This document shows positions 18,777-29,800 of a DNA stretch of 64,000 nucleotides, piece after piece (within the stretch, counting starts at the first letter, position 1; each line of letters begins with the position of its first letter). The stretch covers positions 167,320 through 231,319 of the forward strand of contig CACLBJ010000002.1 in assembly GCA_902605165.1 (NCBI GenBank), read 5' to 3'. This DNA comes from an uncultured SAR86 cluster bacterium (GTDB lineage: Bacteria; Pseudomonadota; Gammaproteobacteria; Magnimaribacterales; D2472). The position numbers and the translations under genes are program-made. The notes beneath the pieces were generated by a model. The model did no database searches. It saw nothing but the letters and a program-made list of their open reading frames with translations, and was not told where the DNA came from.

Positions 18777-19142
18777 TTAGGATTCTACATGAAAAAGCTT
18801 TGTGTAAATTCTCCATTCATTATCTACCTTCAAAAAAGATAAACAATCTACAAAAATCATTCCTAAGTATGCTTCTCTTACTTTAACTGCGGCTGTATTG
18901 CCAAAGATTTCACATGAAAGTATTTCGAGCATTTTCTCATCATTATTTTCTATAGGTGATGGTTGTTGTGAAGCTACAAATCCAGCAAAATCATCAACAC
19001 TCATTTCGTGAAAACCATCAGGTAGGTATCCAGTAATTGACGCATTAGGATTAAAAGAAGCTTTAATTTTTTCAGGATCTGATTCATAACATCCATCAAA
19101 ATATAATTGAATACAATCCTTTATCATTTCATTATCATTCAT
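18777..19142 (-). CDS. NTF2-like protein (Lumazine_bd_2 type)
   Basis: I...IQLYFDG.Y..D...I..SF.PNA, I.GNTAAVKV, F.D.LSFLKVD.EWRIY.K.F; SD GGAG, start MNDNE. Confidence 0.82.
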   Translation of the reverse strand: MNDNEMIKDCIQLYFDGCYESDPEKIKASFNPNASITGYLPDGFHEMSVDDFAGFVASQQPSPIENNDEKMLEILSCEIFGNTAAVKVREAYLGMIFVDCLSFLKVDNEWRIYTKLFHVES

Positions 19143-19157
19143 ATTATTCTCCAAAAA

Positions 19158-19247
19158 TGGCGGAGAGTGAGGGATTCGAACCCTCGATACAGTTACCCGT
19201 ATACCTCCTTAGCAGGGAGGCGCTTTCGACCACTCAGCCAACTCTCC
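19158..19247 (-). tRNA. tRNA-Ser(GCT)
   Basis: Reverse complement GGAGAGTTGGCTGAGTGGTCGAAAGCG-CCTCC-CTGCTAA-GGAGG-long variable arm-GAGGGTTCGAATCCCTC-ACTCTCC-GCCA; minus-strand TATAAT at 19257-19262. Confidence 0.97.
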
Positions 19248-19289
19248 GAGTTTTTTATTATACAGACAATTTTATAATGCTTAATGATT

Positions 19290-20624
19290 CTAATTATCGA
19301 ATTCTAGTCTGTGACCAAAATCCAAAGACTCAGAAAATTGCCCCTCTTTATACGCAATATTTCCGTTTAGGATGGTTGCATGAATTGACGAACGCATTGT
19401 TCTATTTTCTAAGGGGGACCACCCACATTTGTGTAAGATATTTTCTTTATTTACAGTATAGGTTTTATCCATATTCACACATGTTATATCTGCAAAATAT
19501 CCCTCTCTTAAAAAACCTCTATCTTTTATATTAAATCTCTTTGCAACATTGTGACTGGACTTCTCAACTATCATTTCTAATGAGAAAATATCATCAAAAT
19601 AAAACTCCAATAACATTTGCAGGGAGTGCTGAACTAAGGGAATGCCTGCAGGAATATTTGGATATTTTTGACTTTTCTCCTCAAAAGTATGAGGTGCATG
19701 GTCAGTCGCAAATATGTCAATCTTATTTGCTTTCACAGCCTCAATAATACCAAGTCGGTCTTCCTCTGTTTTAATTGAAGGATTGCAAACAATAAAATTG
19801 CCAAGCTCTTCATAATCTTTATCACTAAACGTTAAGTGATGAACACAACCCTCAGCAGTAATATGCTTATTCTCAATTGGATCACTTGTAAATAATTCCA
19901 TTTCTCTTGCTGTCGAAAGATGAAGAACATGCAAGTTAGAACCAAATCTTTTTGCTAATCCTACCGCTAATGAGCTTGATAAATAGCAACATTCTTCATC
20001 TCTTATAACTGCATGATGAGCAGCTTCAAGTTTATCTCCATATTTTTCTTGATATAGCTTCTCATTCTCTACTAACCTTTTAGGATCTTCGCAGTGAGTA
20101 ACAATATTTGTAGGGCAGTGTTCGAAAATCTTTTCAAGGGATTCATATTTATCAACGAGTAAATCTCCAGTGGATGCTCCCATGAAGACTTTTAAACCGC
20201 ATGAAGTTTTAGGATCATGCTTTTTTATTTCTTCAATGTTGTCATTTGTTGCACCTAGATAAAATGAATAATTACCAACAGATTTTGTTGAAGCCATTTC
20301 AAACTTTTTCTCTAGATTCTCTATAGTAGAAGTATTTGGATTCACATTGGGCATCTCAAAGTAACTAGTAACTCCGCCTGCTAAAGCGGCCTTTGATTCA
20401 GTTGCAATTTCGCCTTTGTGAGTGAGGCCTGGTTCTCTAAAATGCACTTGATCGTCAATAAGACCAGGAATTACGAGTTTCCCTGATAAATCTAGCTCTT
20501 CAGAAGATTCAGAATCAATAGAAGCAGCTATTTTTTCTATTCTTTGATTTTTAATTGCAATATCTACCTGCGATTCAACATTTTCGTTAATAACATTGCA
20601 GTTTTTTAGAACTAAGTCGTACAT
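19290..20624 (-). CDS. pyrC: Dihydroorotase (DDQVH-type subfamily)
   Basis: PGLIDDQVHFREPG, AGGVTS..EMPN, KVFMG, HCE, ATDHAPH. Confidence 0.9.
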   Translation of the reverse strand: MYDLVLKNCNVINENVESQVDIAIKNQRIEKIAASIDSESSEELDLSGKLVIPGLIDDQVHFREPGLTHKGEIATESKAALAGGVTSYFEMPNVNPNTSTIENLEKKFEMASTKSVGNYSFYLGATNDNIEEIKKHDPKTSCGLKVFMGASTGDLLVDKYESLEKIFEHCPTNIVTHCEDPKRLVENEKLYQEKYGDKLEAAHHAVIRDEECCYLSSSLAVGLAKRFGSNLHVLHLSTAREMELFTSDPIENKHITAEGCVHHLTFSDKDYEELGNFIVCNPSIKTEEDRLGIIEAVKANKIDIFATDHAPHTFEEKSQKYPNIPAGIPLVQHSLQMLLEFYFDDIFSLEMIVEKSSHNVAKRFNIKDRGFLREGYFADITCVNMDKTYTVNKENILHKCGWSPLENRTMRSSIHATILNGNIAYKEGQFSESLDFGHRLEFDN

Positions 20625-21838
20625 TATTTTTCTAACTCAAATACATCATGTAAGACTTTTACAGCTTTTTCAAGATCGTCTTTTTTGATAACCAGTGTTA
20701 ACTTAATTTCAGAAGTACTAATCATGACAATATTTATTTCATTTTCTGATAATGCTTGGAAAGCTTTAGCTGCAACTCCAGCATGAGACCTAATTCCAAC
20801 ACCAACAATAGAAACTTTAGCAATTGCATCATCAATTATTACTTCTCTGTAGTTTATGGATTTTTGGATATTGTTAATTGCCTCATCAAGTAAAGCTTTT
20901 TCCTCAGTTGCTATGGTAAAAGTAAAATCCGTCTTACCTTCAATTCCAACATTCTGAACAATAACATCAACTTTTATATCTGACTCACTGAGTGGGCCAA
21001 GTATTTTTGATGCGATACCTGGAGTATCTTCTACCGCAGTAAAAGTTACTTTTGTTTGGTCTTTTTGGAAGGCTATTCCTGAAATTTCTGCGTTTTCCAT
21101 AGTTTCATTCTCTAAAGTTATCATAGTACCAGTACCTGGTGAAAAGCTCGATAGAACTCTCATAGGAACCTTAAATTTATTTGCGAACTCTACTGCTCTT
21201 ACCTGAATTACTTTAGCTCCTTGTCCTGCAAGCTCAAGCATACCCTCCATAGAAATTGCATCTAACTTCTTAGCATTGGGAACAATTCTTGGGTCTGTAG
21301 TGTATATACCATCTACATCAGTATAGATATCACATCGGTCTGCTTTAATAGAAGCAGCAATTGCAACAGCTGTAGTATCAGATCCTCCCCTACCTAAAGT
21401 AGTAACTTCTCCAGTTTCAGTTATTCCTTGAAAGCCAGTAATAATTGGAATTGAGTCATCTGAAAGAATCTCTTCCATTTTTGCTTTATCAATATCTAAA
21501 ATCATTGCCTTTGAAAAGTTAGATGTAGTTTTAAGTGAAACTTGAGCAGCTGAATAAGATTTGGCTTTCAAGCCAAGCGAATTAAGAGCCATAGCTAGAA
21601 GAGATGCACTAACTTTCTCACCTGTTGAGATCAAAGCATCGAATTCTCTTTTATTTTGATTATCTCCAAATTGTTTCGAAAGCTCTATGAGTCTATCAGT
21701 CTCACCCGCCATTGCAGATACAACAACCACAACATTATTTATTTCTGCCTCTTTCTTAATGATTTCAGCAACAGCAGCTATCCGCTCTCCTGAGCCAACA
21801 GATGTACCTCCAAATTTTTGAACTATTACTTGTTGCAT
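20624..21838 (-). CDS. lysC: Aspartate kinase
   Basis: VQKFGGTSV, TTLGRGGSDTTA, YTDVDG, two ACT domains, ISTSEIK. Confidence 0.96.
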   Translation of the reverse strand: MQQVIVQKFGGTSVGSGERIAAVAEIIKKEAEINNVVVVVSAMAGETDRLIELSKQFGDNQNKREFDALISTGEKVSASLLAMALNSLGLKAKSYSAAQVSLKTTSNFSKAMILDIDKAKMEEILSDDSIPIITGFQGITETGEVTTLGRGGSDTTAVAIAASIKADRCDIYTDVDGIYTTDPRIVPNAKKLDAISMEGMLELAGQGAKVIQVRAVEFANKFKVPMRVLSSFSPGTGTMITLENETMENAEISGIAFQKDQTKVTFTAVEDTPGIASKILGPLSESDIKVDVIVQNVGIEGKTDFTFTIATEEKALLDEAINNIQKSINYREVIIDDAIAKVSIVGVGIRSHAGVAAKAFQALSENEINIVMISTSEIKLTLVIKKDDLEKAVKVLHDVFELEK

Positions 21839-21847
21839 AAGAAAAAT

Positions 21848-24418
21848 TTATGCGAGCGATTGTACGATATTAGGGATATCAGAAACAAATTTTTCTTTAT
21901 CGGAAGGTTTACCTGCTCCTTGAGCAAATTCGACTCTTCCACCACCTTTGCCTTCAATAGGTGATGTCAGAGCATTAATGAGATCTTTTGCTGAAATCCT
22001 TGATTGCAGATCTTTAGATACGGAACATAGAATAGTTAATGTTTCGTTTTTAGAACTTAAAAGAATAAAAATAGAATTATTTAAATTTTTTGTTTTTTCA
22101 TCAAGGATTGGTCTTAATTCTTTTATGTCATCTGATTCAGCCTCTTCAATTACTAATTTAAAGTTGTCAATATCATGTGCGTTAGAGGATTTAATTGTCG
22201 TAGCTTTGGCCGTTTTACCTCCTTTTTTTAACTTTTTATTTTCCTTTAAAAGCTTGCTCACTTTTTCTTTTATTTCTTCTGCTGGAGCATTTAATAGTTT
22301 TTGGAGTTGAATAGTTTGATTCTTAAGATTTGCTAAATATTCTTGAGCTCTTGGGCCAGATAATGCCTCAATTCTTCTAACACCAGAAGCTACACTGCTT
22401 TGACTAGTTATTATAAAGATGCCAAGATCGCCTGTCCTAGAAATATGTGTTCCACCACAAAGTTCAAGAGAAAAGTCATCTTCACCAATTGATAAGACTC
22501 TAACCTGATCTTCATACTTTTCACCAAATAGAGATTCTGCACCTGAATTCTTAGCATCTTCCAAATCCATTATTTTGGTACTTACAGATGAATTCTTCAG
22601 TATTTCTTGATTAACTAAATCTTCAATTTTGGATATCTCGTCGTCAGATAAAGATTCATCATGGGAGAAATCAAATCTAAGCTTATGCTCATCAACAAGT
22701 GAACCCTTTTGCTTAACATGATCTCCTAGTACTCTTTTAAGAGCAGCATGGACTAAATGAGTGGCAGAATGATGTGCTTCAGTTTTCTCTCTTTTTTCTT
22801 TATTCACATTAATTTCAATTTTATCATCAATTTTTAAGCTTCCTTTGTCTAACTTTATAAGGTGCATAAAAACTTTTCCAGATTTTTTGCAATCTAAAAT
22901 GCTGCCTTCTGCATTTTTAGATTTAAAAATACCTCTATCGCCAACTTGCCCGCCTGATTCTGCATAAATTGAAGTCTGATTTAGTGCTATAAAGTACTCT
23001 TGTGGCTCGTTAGCAAGCTCAACTTTTTCATTTTTATTCCATATTGCTATTACATTTGAGTCTGAAGATAGATACTCGTAACCTATAAAATCTGTTTCCT
23101 TTATATCTTCAGCAGTAGGAATTTTTGACACAAATGAACTTGATGCCTTTGACATTTGTTGTTGAGATTCCATGTTCTTCTTGAATCCTTTTTCATCTAT
23201 ATCAATACCCTTTTCTCTTGCAATATCGGCAGTCAGATCAAATGGAAAACCATAAGTATCATGAAGCTTAAAGGCTAAGTCTCCTGAAATAGTTTCTTCA
23301 TTCCCTGCTGCTAGAGTAGAGTCCAAAATTTGAATACCTTTATCAAGAGTTTGTAAAAACTGAGTCTCTTCATTTTTGATAAGTTTTTCAATTCTTCCTT
23401 CATCATTTTTTAATTGCGGATACGCATTCCCCATTGCATCAACAAAAGTTTTAACTAACTTATGCATAAAAGGCTTATCTGCTCCAATCTTGTAGCCATG
23501 TCTGACAGCTCTCCTTAAGATTCTTCTGAGAACATAGCCTCTTCCTTCATTGGATGGAAAAATATCATCTGAAATTAAGAAGCATGAAGATCTTAAATGA
23601 TCTGCAATTACTTTATGAGAGACATCTCCGACATTTCCAAGCACTTTCTCAGATTCTATAATTAGATTTGAAAAGATATCAGTATCATAGTTTGACCCCA
23701 CTCCTTGCATTACTGCAGCAATTCTTTCAAGTCCCATTCCCGTATCAACTGATGGTTTTGGTAAATCGTGAAGTACGCCACCTGAATCTCGATTGAATTG
23801 CATAAATACTAAGTTCCATATCTCTACAAATCTATCGCCCTCATCTCCATCCTCTCCTGGCGGAGTTCCTTCATATTTATCTCCATGATCAAAAAATATT
23901 TCTGAGCAAGGTCCACAAGGCCCAGTATCAGCCATAGACCAAAAATTATCTTTATCTCCAAGCTTTGCAATTCTATCCGGATCAATACCAATTTTATTTA
24001 TCCAAATTTCTTTAGCCTCATCATCATCCTTGTAAACAGTAATCCATAATTTATCTTTATCCAGTTTGAGAACATCAGTTAAAAACTCCCAAGCAAAAAC
24101 AATAGCCTCCTCTTTAAAATAGTCACCAAAACTAAAGTTTCCTAACATTTCAAAAAAAGTATGATGACGAAGTGTATAGCCTACATTTTCAAGATCGTTA
24201 TGCTTTCCCCCAGCACGAATACATTTTTGTGAAGAGGTGGCTCTAGAATATTTAAGTTTTTCTTGGCCTAAAAAAACATCCTTAAACTGAACCATACCTG
24301 CATTAGTGAAAAGCAAAGTGTCGTCATTGTTGGGTACAAGAGAACTTGAAGAAACAACACTATGATCCTTACTCTTAAAGAATTCTAGAAATGCTTCTCT
24401 AATCTCATTAGTATTCAT
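21848..24418 (-). CDS. alaS: Alanyl-tRNA synthetase
   Basis: FTNAGM.QFK, RHHTFFEMLGNFSFGDYFK, DTGMGLER, HSATH, ELCGGTH, GGG...AQG. Confidence 0.99.
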   Translation of the reverse strand: MNTNEIREAFLEFFKSKDHSVVSSSSLVPNNDDTLLFTNAGMVQFKDVFLGQEKLKYSRATSSQKCIRAGGKHNDLENVGYTLRHHTFFEMLGNFSFGDYFKEEAIVFAWEFLTDVLKLDKDKLWITVYKDDDEAKEIWINKIGIDPDRIAKLGDKDNFWSMADTGPCGPCSEIFFDHGDKYEGTPPGEDGDEGDRFVEIWNLVFMQFNRDSGGVLHDLPKPSVDTGMGLERIAAVMQGVGSNYDTDIFSNLIIESEKVLGNVGDVSHKVIADHLRSSCFLISDDIFPSNEGRGYVLRRILRRAVRHGYKIGADKPFMHKLVKTFVDAMGNAYPQLKNDEGRIEKLIKNEETQFLQTLDKGIQILDSTLAAGNEETISGDLAFKLHDTYGFPFDLTADIAREKGIDIDEKGFKKNMESQQQMSKASSSFVSKIPTAEDIKETDFIGYEYLSSDSNVIAIWNKNEKVELANEPQEYFIALNQTSIYAESGGQVGDRGIFKSKNAEGSILDCKKSGKVFMHLIKLDKGSLKIDDKIEINVNKEKREKTEAHHSATHLVHAALKRVLGDHVKQKGSLVDEHKLRFDFSHDESLSDDEISKIEDLVNQEILKNSSVSTKIMDLEDAKNSGAESLFGEKYEDQVRVLSIGEDDFSLELCGGTHISRTGDLGIFIITSQSSVASGVRRIEALSGPRAQEYLANLKNQTIQLQKLLNAPAEEIKEKVSKLLKENKKLKKGGKTAKATTIKSSNAHDIDNFKLVIEEAESDDIKELRPILDEKTKNLNNSIFILLSSKNETLTILCSVSKDLQSRISAKDLINALTSPIEGKGGGRVEFAQGAGKPSDKEKFVSDIPNIVQSLA

Positions 24419-25206
24419 TTTTTTTCGTATCTGCCGCCTGTAAGTGCATTGCTAAAAATATTAATTAGAAATGAAAAATGCGTCATAAGAAAAACTAACA
24501 TTTTGTATCTTTTGCTTGGGATAGAGAGACGCTTGCCAGCAAACATTGCATCAAGGCCTTCTCTAGCTACTCTCTCAGCAGTTAATTTCATAAATGCAGG
24601 AACTTTATCCATTTGCTCTTGAGTACCTGATGCAGAATGGAATTCAGTCACCGTGTAGCCTGGGCAAACAGAAGTAGAAGAAATTCCCTTTCGTTTGTAA
24701 TTTATATTTATAGAATCACTAAATCGATTCATAAATGTTTTAATAGGTCCATAGAGTGTTTGGATTGCTGATGGAGGGGCAAAAGATGCCACTGAAGAGA
24801 CAATCATAACTTTACCGCCGCCCCTTGCTAAAAGATCGGGTACAAACTTCTTTGTTAGAGCAATTACAGATATTGCTAGCACTCTAAGACTTTTTTCTTC
24901 ATCTTCCATAGGAACTTCATGAAATGGTTTTGGCAACCCATAACCGGCATTATTGATAAGAATTTCTACGTCATAATTATTATTCTTACAAAATTCATGG
25001 ATTTGATCTGGTGCATCAACTTCAGCTAAATCAGCTGTGATGTAATCAACATTTACTTGATACCTGCTTCTAATTTCTGAAGCTATTTCTTGTAATCTAT
25101 TTTCTCTTCTAGCAGTCAAAATAATATCGTGACCTCTTTCAGCAAGCTGAATTGCTATTTCTTTTCCAATTCCCGCTGAAGCCCCTGTAACTATTGCATA
25201 CGACAT
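24415..25206 (-). CDS. Short-chain dehydrogenase/reductase (DltE/17beta-HSD-like)
   Basis: TGASAGIG, ARR, NNAG, YGPIK (YxxxK), CPG.T.TEF. Confidence 0.9.
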   Translation of the reverse strand: MSYAIVTGASAGIGKEIAIQLAERGHDIILTARRENRLQEIASEIRSRYQVNVDYITADLAEVDAPDQIHEFCKNNNYDVEILINNAGYGLPKPFHEVPMEDEEKSLRVLAISVIALTKKFVPDLLARGGGKVMIVSSVASFAPPSAIQTLYGPIKTFMNRFSDSININYKRKGISSTSVCPGYTVTEFHSASGTQEQMDKVPAFMKLTAERVAREGLDAMFAGKRLSIPSKRYKMLVFLMTHFSFLINIFSNALTGGRYEKK

Positions 25207-25722
25207 CTAAAAATCTCCTTTTTTATATCTTTTGTAATTTTCTACATAAAATTTAGAATTCAAAGCTGGTAGTTGTTGCTCTTCCTCCGATAACTCTCTT
25301 TTTACCTTGGCTGGAATGCCCATAACCATTGAACCATCAGGGATTACAGCATTCTCAGTAATTAAAGCTTTGGCTCCAATTATGCAGTTTTTGCCTATTT
25401 TTGCACCATTTAGGATGACTGAATTGATGCCAATTAGCGAACCATCACCAATTTCACAGCCATGAAGCATAGCCATATGCCCTACAGTAACATTATTGCC
25501 AATTGTGCATTTGAAACCAGGATCTGTATGAATAATAGAACCTTCTTGAATATTTGACCCTTTCCCTATGGAAATAGGCTCATTGTCTCCTCTTACTACG
25601 CAATTAAACCAAATACTTGCGTCTGTATCTAAGAAAACGTCACCGATGACGGTAGCGTTACTGGCAATCCAGTAATTTTCGTCCCGCATTTTAGGTTTTT
25701 TGCCATCTAGTTCGTAAATCAT
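25207..25722 (-). CDS. Gamma-class carbonic anhydrase family hexapeptide-repeat protein (YrdA/PaaY-like)
   Basis: VIGDV, RGD, NIQ.G..IH, VTVGH.AMLHGC. Confidence 0.92.
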   Translation of the reverse strand: MIYELDGKKPKMRDENYWIASNATVIGDVFLDTDASIWFNCVVRGDNEPISIGKGSNIQEGSIIHTDPGFKCTIGNNVTVGHMAMLHGCEIGDGSLIGINSVILNGAKIGKNCIIGAKALITENAVIPDGSMVMGIPAKVKRELSEEEQQLPALNSKFYVENYKRYKKGDF

Positions 25723-26294
25723 CGCTTCCAGTCCAGTTTTATTCCTGCATCAAAATAATCATTAACAAAAATTGCTGTGATCATTGCAGTAAGTCCCCAA
25801 ATTTTAAATCCATTATAACTCCATGCTGGTGATTTGAACTTAATTCCGTCTCTTTCTAGTTCTTGCCAAATAATATTTTCTTCATCAAGTAGATATGAAA
25901 TAGGGACATCAAATATTTCATCTATTTCATAATTAGATTTAAAGGCTTGGTTAGTTTTTAAAAATCCAACAACTGGATGAACCTCTACTTTATGTCTCGA
26001 AATAAAATAATCCATTTTTCCTAGAATCTCTAAATTTGAAGATTGAAGATTAATTTCTTCTTCACATTCTCTAAGAGCAGTCTGAAAAATATCTTGATCA
26101 AACTCTTCCATCATTCCGCCAGGAAAACTAACCTCACCTGCATGAGTTTTCATTTTTGATGATCTTAATGTAAATTTAATGGAAAAATTTTTGTCACTAA
26201 TTTTTGATAATAAAATCATAACGCCAGCATTTCTGTTTCCAGTAGTCACGTCATAATTAATATTATTTAATTTATCTTTTATAGAAGAAATCAT
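25719..26294 (-). CDS. nudL: CoA pyrophosphatase (NudL-type NUDIX)
   Basis: [28 protein letters not shown]. Confidence 0.88.
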   Translation of the reverse strand: MISSIKDKLNNINYDVTTGNRNAGVMILLSKISDKNFSIKFTLRSSKMKTHAGEVSFPGGMMEEFDQDIFQTALRECEEEINLQSSNLEILGKMDYFISRHKVEVHPVVGFLKTNQAFKSNYEIDEIFDVPISYLLDEENIIWQELERDGIKFKSPAWSYNGFKIWGLTAMITAIFVNDYFDAGIKLDWKR

Positions 26295-26337
26295 TTAAGA
26301 TAGTTTAACTTTTTTTAGAAAAAATATTGGTTAAGTT

Positions 26338-26874
26338 GTGAAGTATTGTTCAAATTGTGGAAGCTCAAATTTAGAATTTAAAATCCCTGAAGATGATAAT
26401 CGCAAGCGATACTGCTGCAATGATTGTGGAACAATTTTTTACACAAATCCAAATCTAGTCGTAGGCACATTATCAACATTTGATAATAAAATATTAATTG
26501 CTAAAAGAAGTATTCACCCTCGTAAAGATAAATGGACCTTACCAGCAGGCTTTCTTGAAAATGCAGAAACGATGCAAGCTGGCGCTCTTAGGGAAACATT
26601 AGAAGAGACTCAAGCTGAAGCTGAAATAATTAAGCCATATACTGTTATAAGTCTACCGCATATCAGTCAGATACATGTTTTTTATCTAGCTAAACTTCTT
26701 TCAGGTTCCTTTGGACCAACTAATGAAAGTAGCGAAGTAAAGCTGGTTGAAATATCAGAAATTCCATGGGATGAATTAGCTTTCCCAACAGTATCAATGA
26801 CTCTAAAATATTTCGTTGAAGACTCAGAAAAAGATAATTTTGAGTTTCGTGAAGAAGAGATTTTACTGAGCTAA
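26338..26874 (+). CDS. NUDIX hydrolase with N-terminal zinc ribbon
   Basis: MKYCSNCG...C..CG..FY.NP, WTLPAGF.E..E....ALRETLEE, IPWDELAF. Confidence 0.9.
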   Translation: MKYCSNCGSSNLEFKIPEDDNRKRYCCNDCGTIFYTNPNLVVGTLSTFDNKILIAKRSIHPRKDKWTLPAGFLENAETMQAGALRETLEETQAEAEIIKPYTVISLPHISQIHVFYLAKLLSGSFGPTNESSEVKLVEISEIPWDELAFPTVSMTLKYFVEDSEKDNFEFREEEILLS

Positions 26875-29800
26875 CTTACAAATCTTTTAGCATTAATAAA
26901 GATCTGCATCCAAGGAGAATACTCTCCCCAAGATAATGGTTTCCATGAAAATTGATGGGAGCGAAAAACTCTTTCCGGGTGGGGCATCATGATTGTTATG
27001 TTTCCATTATCATTTGTAATTCCAGTAATTCCTGAAGGTGATTTATTTGGGTTCAATGGATATTGTTCAGTTTGATATCCAGACGAATCAACAAAAGTCA
27101 TACAGACCTTTTCTGTATCAAAAAGTTTATTTATTTCATCTTCGTTTTTAAAACATGCTCTGCCCTCTCCATGCGAAACAATAATTGGTAGCGACCAGTC
27201 TTCCATATTATTTAATAGCACAGATTTTGATTTAAGAATTTTCACCTGACTCAGTCTTGCTTCAAATTGATCGGAATGATTCTTTTGAAAACTTGGCCAC
27301 GAGTCTGTTCCAGGAATTATTTTTTTAATGGAGGAGAGCATCTGGCATCCATTACAGACACCAAGTGTGAATTTTTGCTCATCCTCAAAAAATTGTAAAA
27401 ACTTTTCTTGGATACTATCACTAAAATTGATTGTGCTAGACCAACCCTTTCCTGCTCCCAAAACATCACCATATGAAAATCCTCCACAAACAGCTAGACC
27501 ATTAAATTGATTTAAATCTTTTTTCTGCTCTAGCAGGTCCTGCATATGAATATCATGTGCTTCAAAACCTGCTTTTGTGAATGCAGCTGCCATTTCATTT
27601 TGTCCATTTACACCTTGCTCTCTTAAAATTGCAACTTTTGGCTTATTTTTAAGGAAATTTAGTATTTTTAGGCCTTTTTTGGGTTGCTTAAAGGAATCAT
27701 TTGCAAATAATCCAGTATTTGAAGTCTTTGAGATAAGATCAAACTCCGATTTTGCATCATCTTTATTGTCTCTTATAGATTTGATGCGATATGAGACCTG
27801 AGACCAAGTCTGCTCAAGCTCTGCAATGTCTCTTGAGAACAGTTTATCCATATTTTTATCAACAATATCAAAGTTACTTCCGCCTATCTTCCCTAAATAT
27901 TGAAATATAAGGTTTTGGGAATGAGCTGATTGCTTTAATCCTTTTAATTTAGATTCATTTATTTGTATAACTGCTCCGACCTCTTCAGAAAATAAGAATT
28001 GCTCTGGCGAAACTTGCAAATTGTTATCCAATGAAATTGAACATCCTATTTTATTTGTGAAGCAAAGTTCAGATAAGGTGGTAAAGATTCCTCCATCAGA
28101 AATATCATGAAGCGCATGAATATTCTTTTTATTTATTCCCTCTTGAATAAAGTTAAATAAATGTATCAGCTCCTCAGATGAAATATCTGGTGTGTCAGTA
28201 AATGAAGTTTCGAAAATATCTTGATAAATTGATCCATTCAATCTAAAAAAGTTATTCGGTTTTACTAAAACTAAGCAGGGGTCTTCTAAGTTTTTATATT
28301 CTGTAGTTATTGATGCTCTTATATCATTAACAGGTGCCATAGCTGAAATGATCCCTGTCATAGGGCTTTTGACAGTGAAGTTTGTTTGATCTTTTTCCCA
28401 AGTTGTTCTCATGGACAAAGAATCTTTACCAACGGGAATTGCTATTCCGAGATCAATACAAAAGCTTGATAATGCCTCTACTCCTTTTCTAAGATTTAAA
28501 TCTTCAATATTTTCTCCACATGCTGCCATCCAGTTAGCTGATGCTCTTATAGAAGAAATAGATTCAATTGGCACTGACATCATATTGGTTACAGCTTCGG
28601 CTACCGCCATTCTCATTGAGGCAGCTGCATTATGAATGGATAAAACTGGTCTCTCTCCAATGCTTATGACTTCTCCACAAACATCATCAAAAGATCTTAA
28701 GGACATAGCATAGTTTGATGTAGGCACTTGCCACTTTCCAACAAACTGGTCTCTTGCAACCATTCCTCCCACCGATCTGTCACCAATGGTAATTAAAAAT
28801 GATTTTGAGCCTACCGTAGGATGACTAAGAACACTTTCAGCGCTTTTCTCAATGTGTTTTTTAACAGATTCTTTAGCTTTTGGATCAAGTTCGGAAATAT
28901 CTAAATCATTATCTTCATCTATTGCTATTTTTTGCTCAACATTGAAAACATTTTTTTCTTCTTTAACTACTTTCTTTTCTAAAGGCAGTTCACCAAACAG
29001 CATAGATAAGGGAATATCCACTGGATAATTGTTAGCACTTTCATCAAAAAGTTTTACATATTTTTCAGTAGTTGTTTTTCCTACAACTGCAAAGGGACAT
29101 CGCTCTCTCTTACAAATATCACTAAATAATTCTTTATTATTGGACTGAATACTTAATACATATCTTTCCTGTGATTCATTTGACCAGACTTCCATCGGAG
29201 ACATAGAGAGATCTGCACATGGAATGTCTTTAAGATTTATAAAAACTCCCAGTTCACTGTCTTTAGCTAGTTCTGGTATTGCGTTAGAAAGGCCTCCTGC
29301 TCCAACATCATGTATAAATTCTATAATGCTAGGATTTTTATTATTACAAGTATTAATTACTTCCTGACATCGTCTTTCCATTTCAGCGTTATCTCTTTGC
29401 ACTGAAGCAAAATCTAAATCTTCATCACTTTGCCCAGATGACATTGATGAGGCAGCCCCACCTCCAAGACCAATAAGCATTGATGGACCGCCTAAAACAA
29501 TTACTAAATAGTCCTCGCTAATTTGTTTTTTAAAATTATTTCTATCGATAATCTCTCCTATTCCACCTGCCAGCATAATTGGTTTGTGATAACCATATGC
29601 TGTTGAGTCCTTGAAAGAAGTTTCAAAACTTCTGAAGTAACCTAATATTGATGGACGACCAAATTCATTATTAAATGCCGCGCCTCCAAGAGGTCCATCA
29701 ATCATTATTTCAAGCGGTGAAGCAATCCTTTCAGGTTTATTTTCATCATCTTCCCAGGGGCGAATAAAGTCAGGGAGTCTCAAGTTAGAAACATTAAAAC

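Noticed and set aside
19158..19190. Possible att-site duplication of tRNA-Ser or tRNA-Asn 3' ends
   Set aside because: No second copy and no integrase were noticed in the window by eye, so no mobile element is called.
19157..19534. 125-aa + strand ORF (MAESEGFEPS...)
   Set aside because: It is the antisense reading of tRNA-Ser and the pyrC 3' end, a classic tRNA shadow ORF.
20440..20460. DDQVH instead of the DxHxH metal motif in dihydroorotase, suggesting inactivation
   Set aside because: Gln at this position is a normal feature of this dihydroorotase subfamily.
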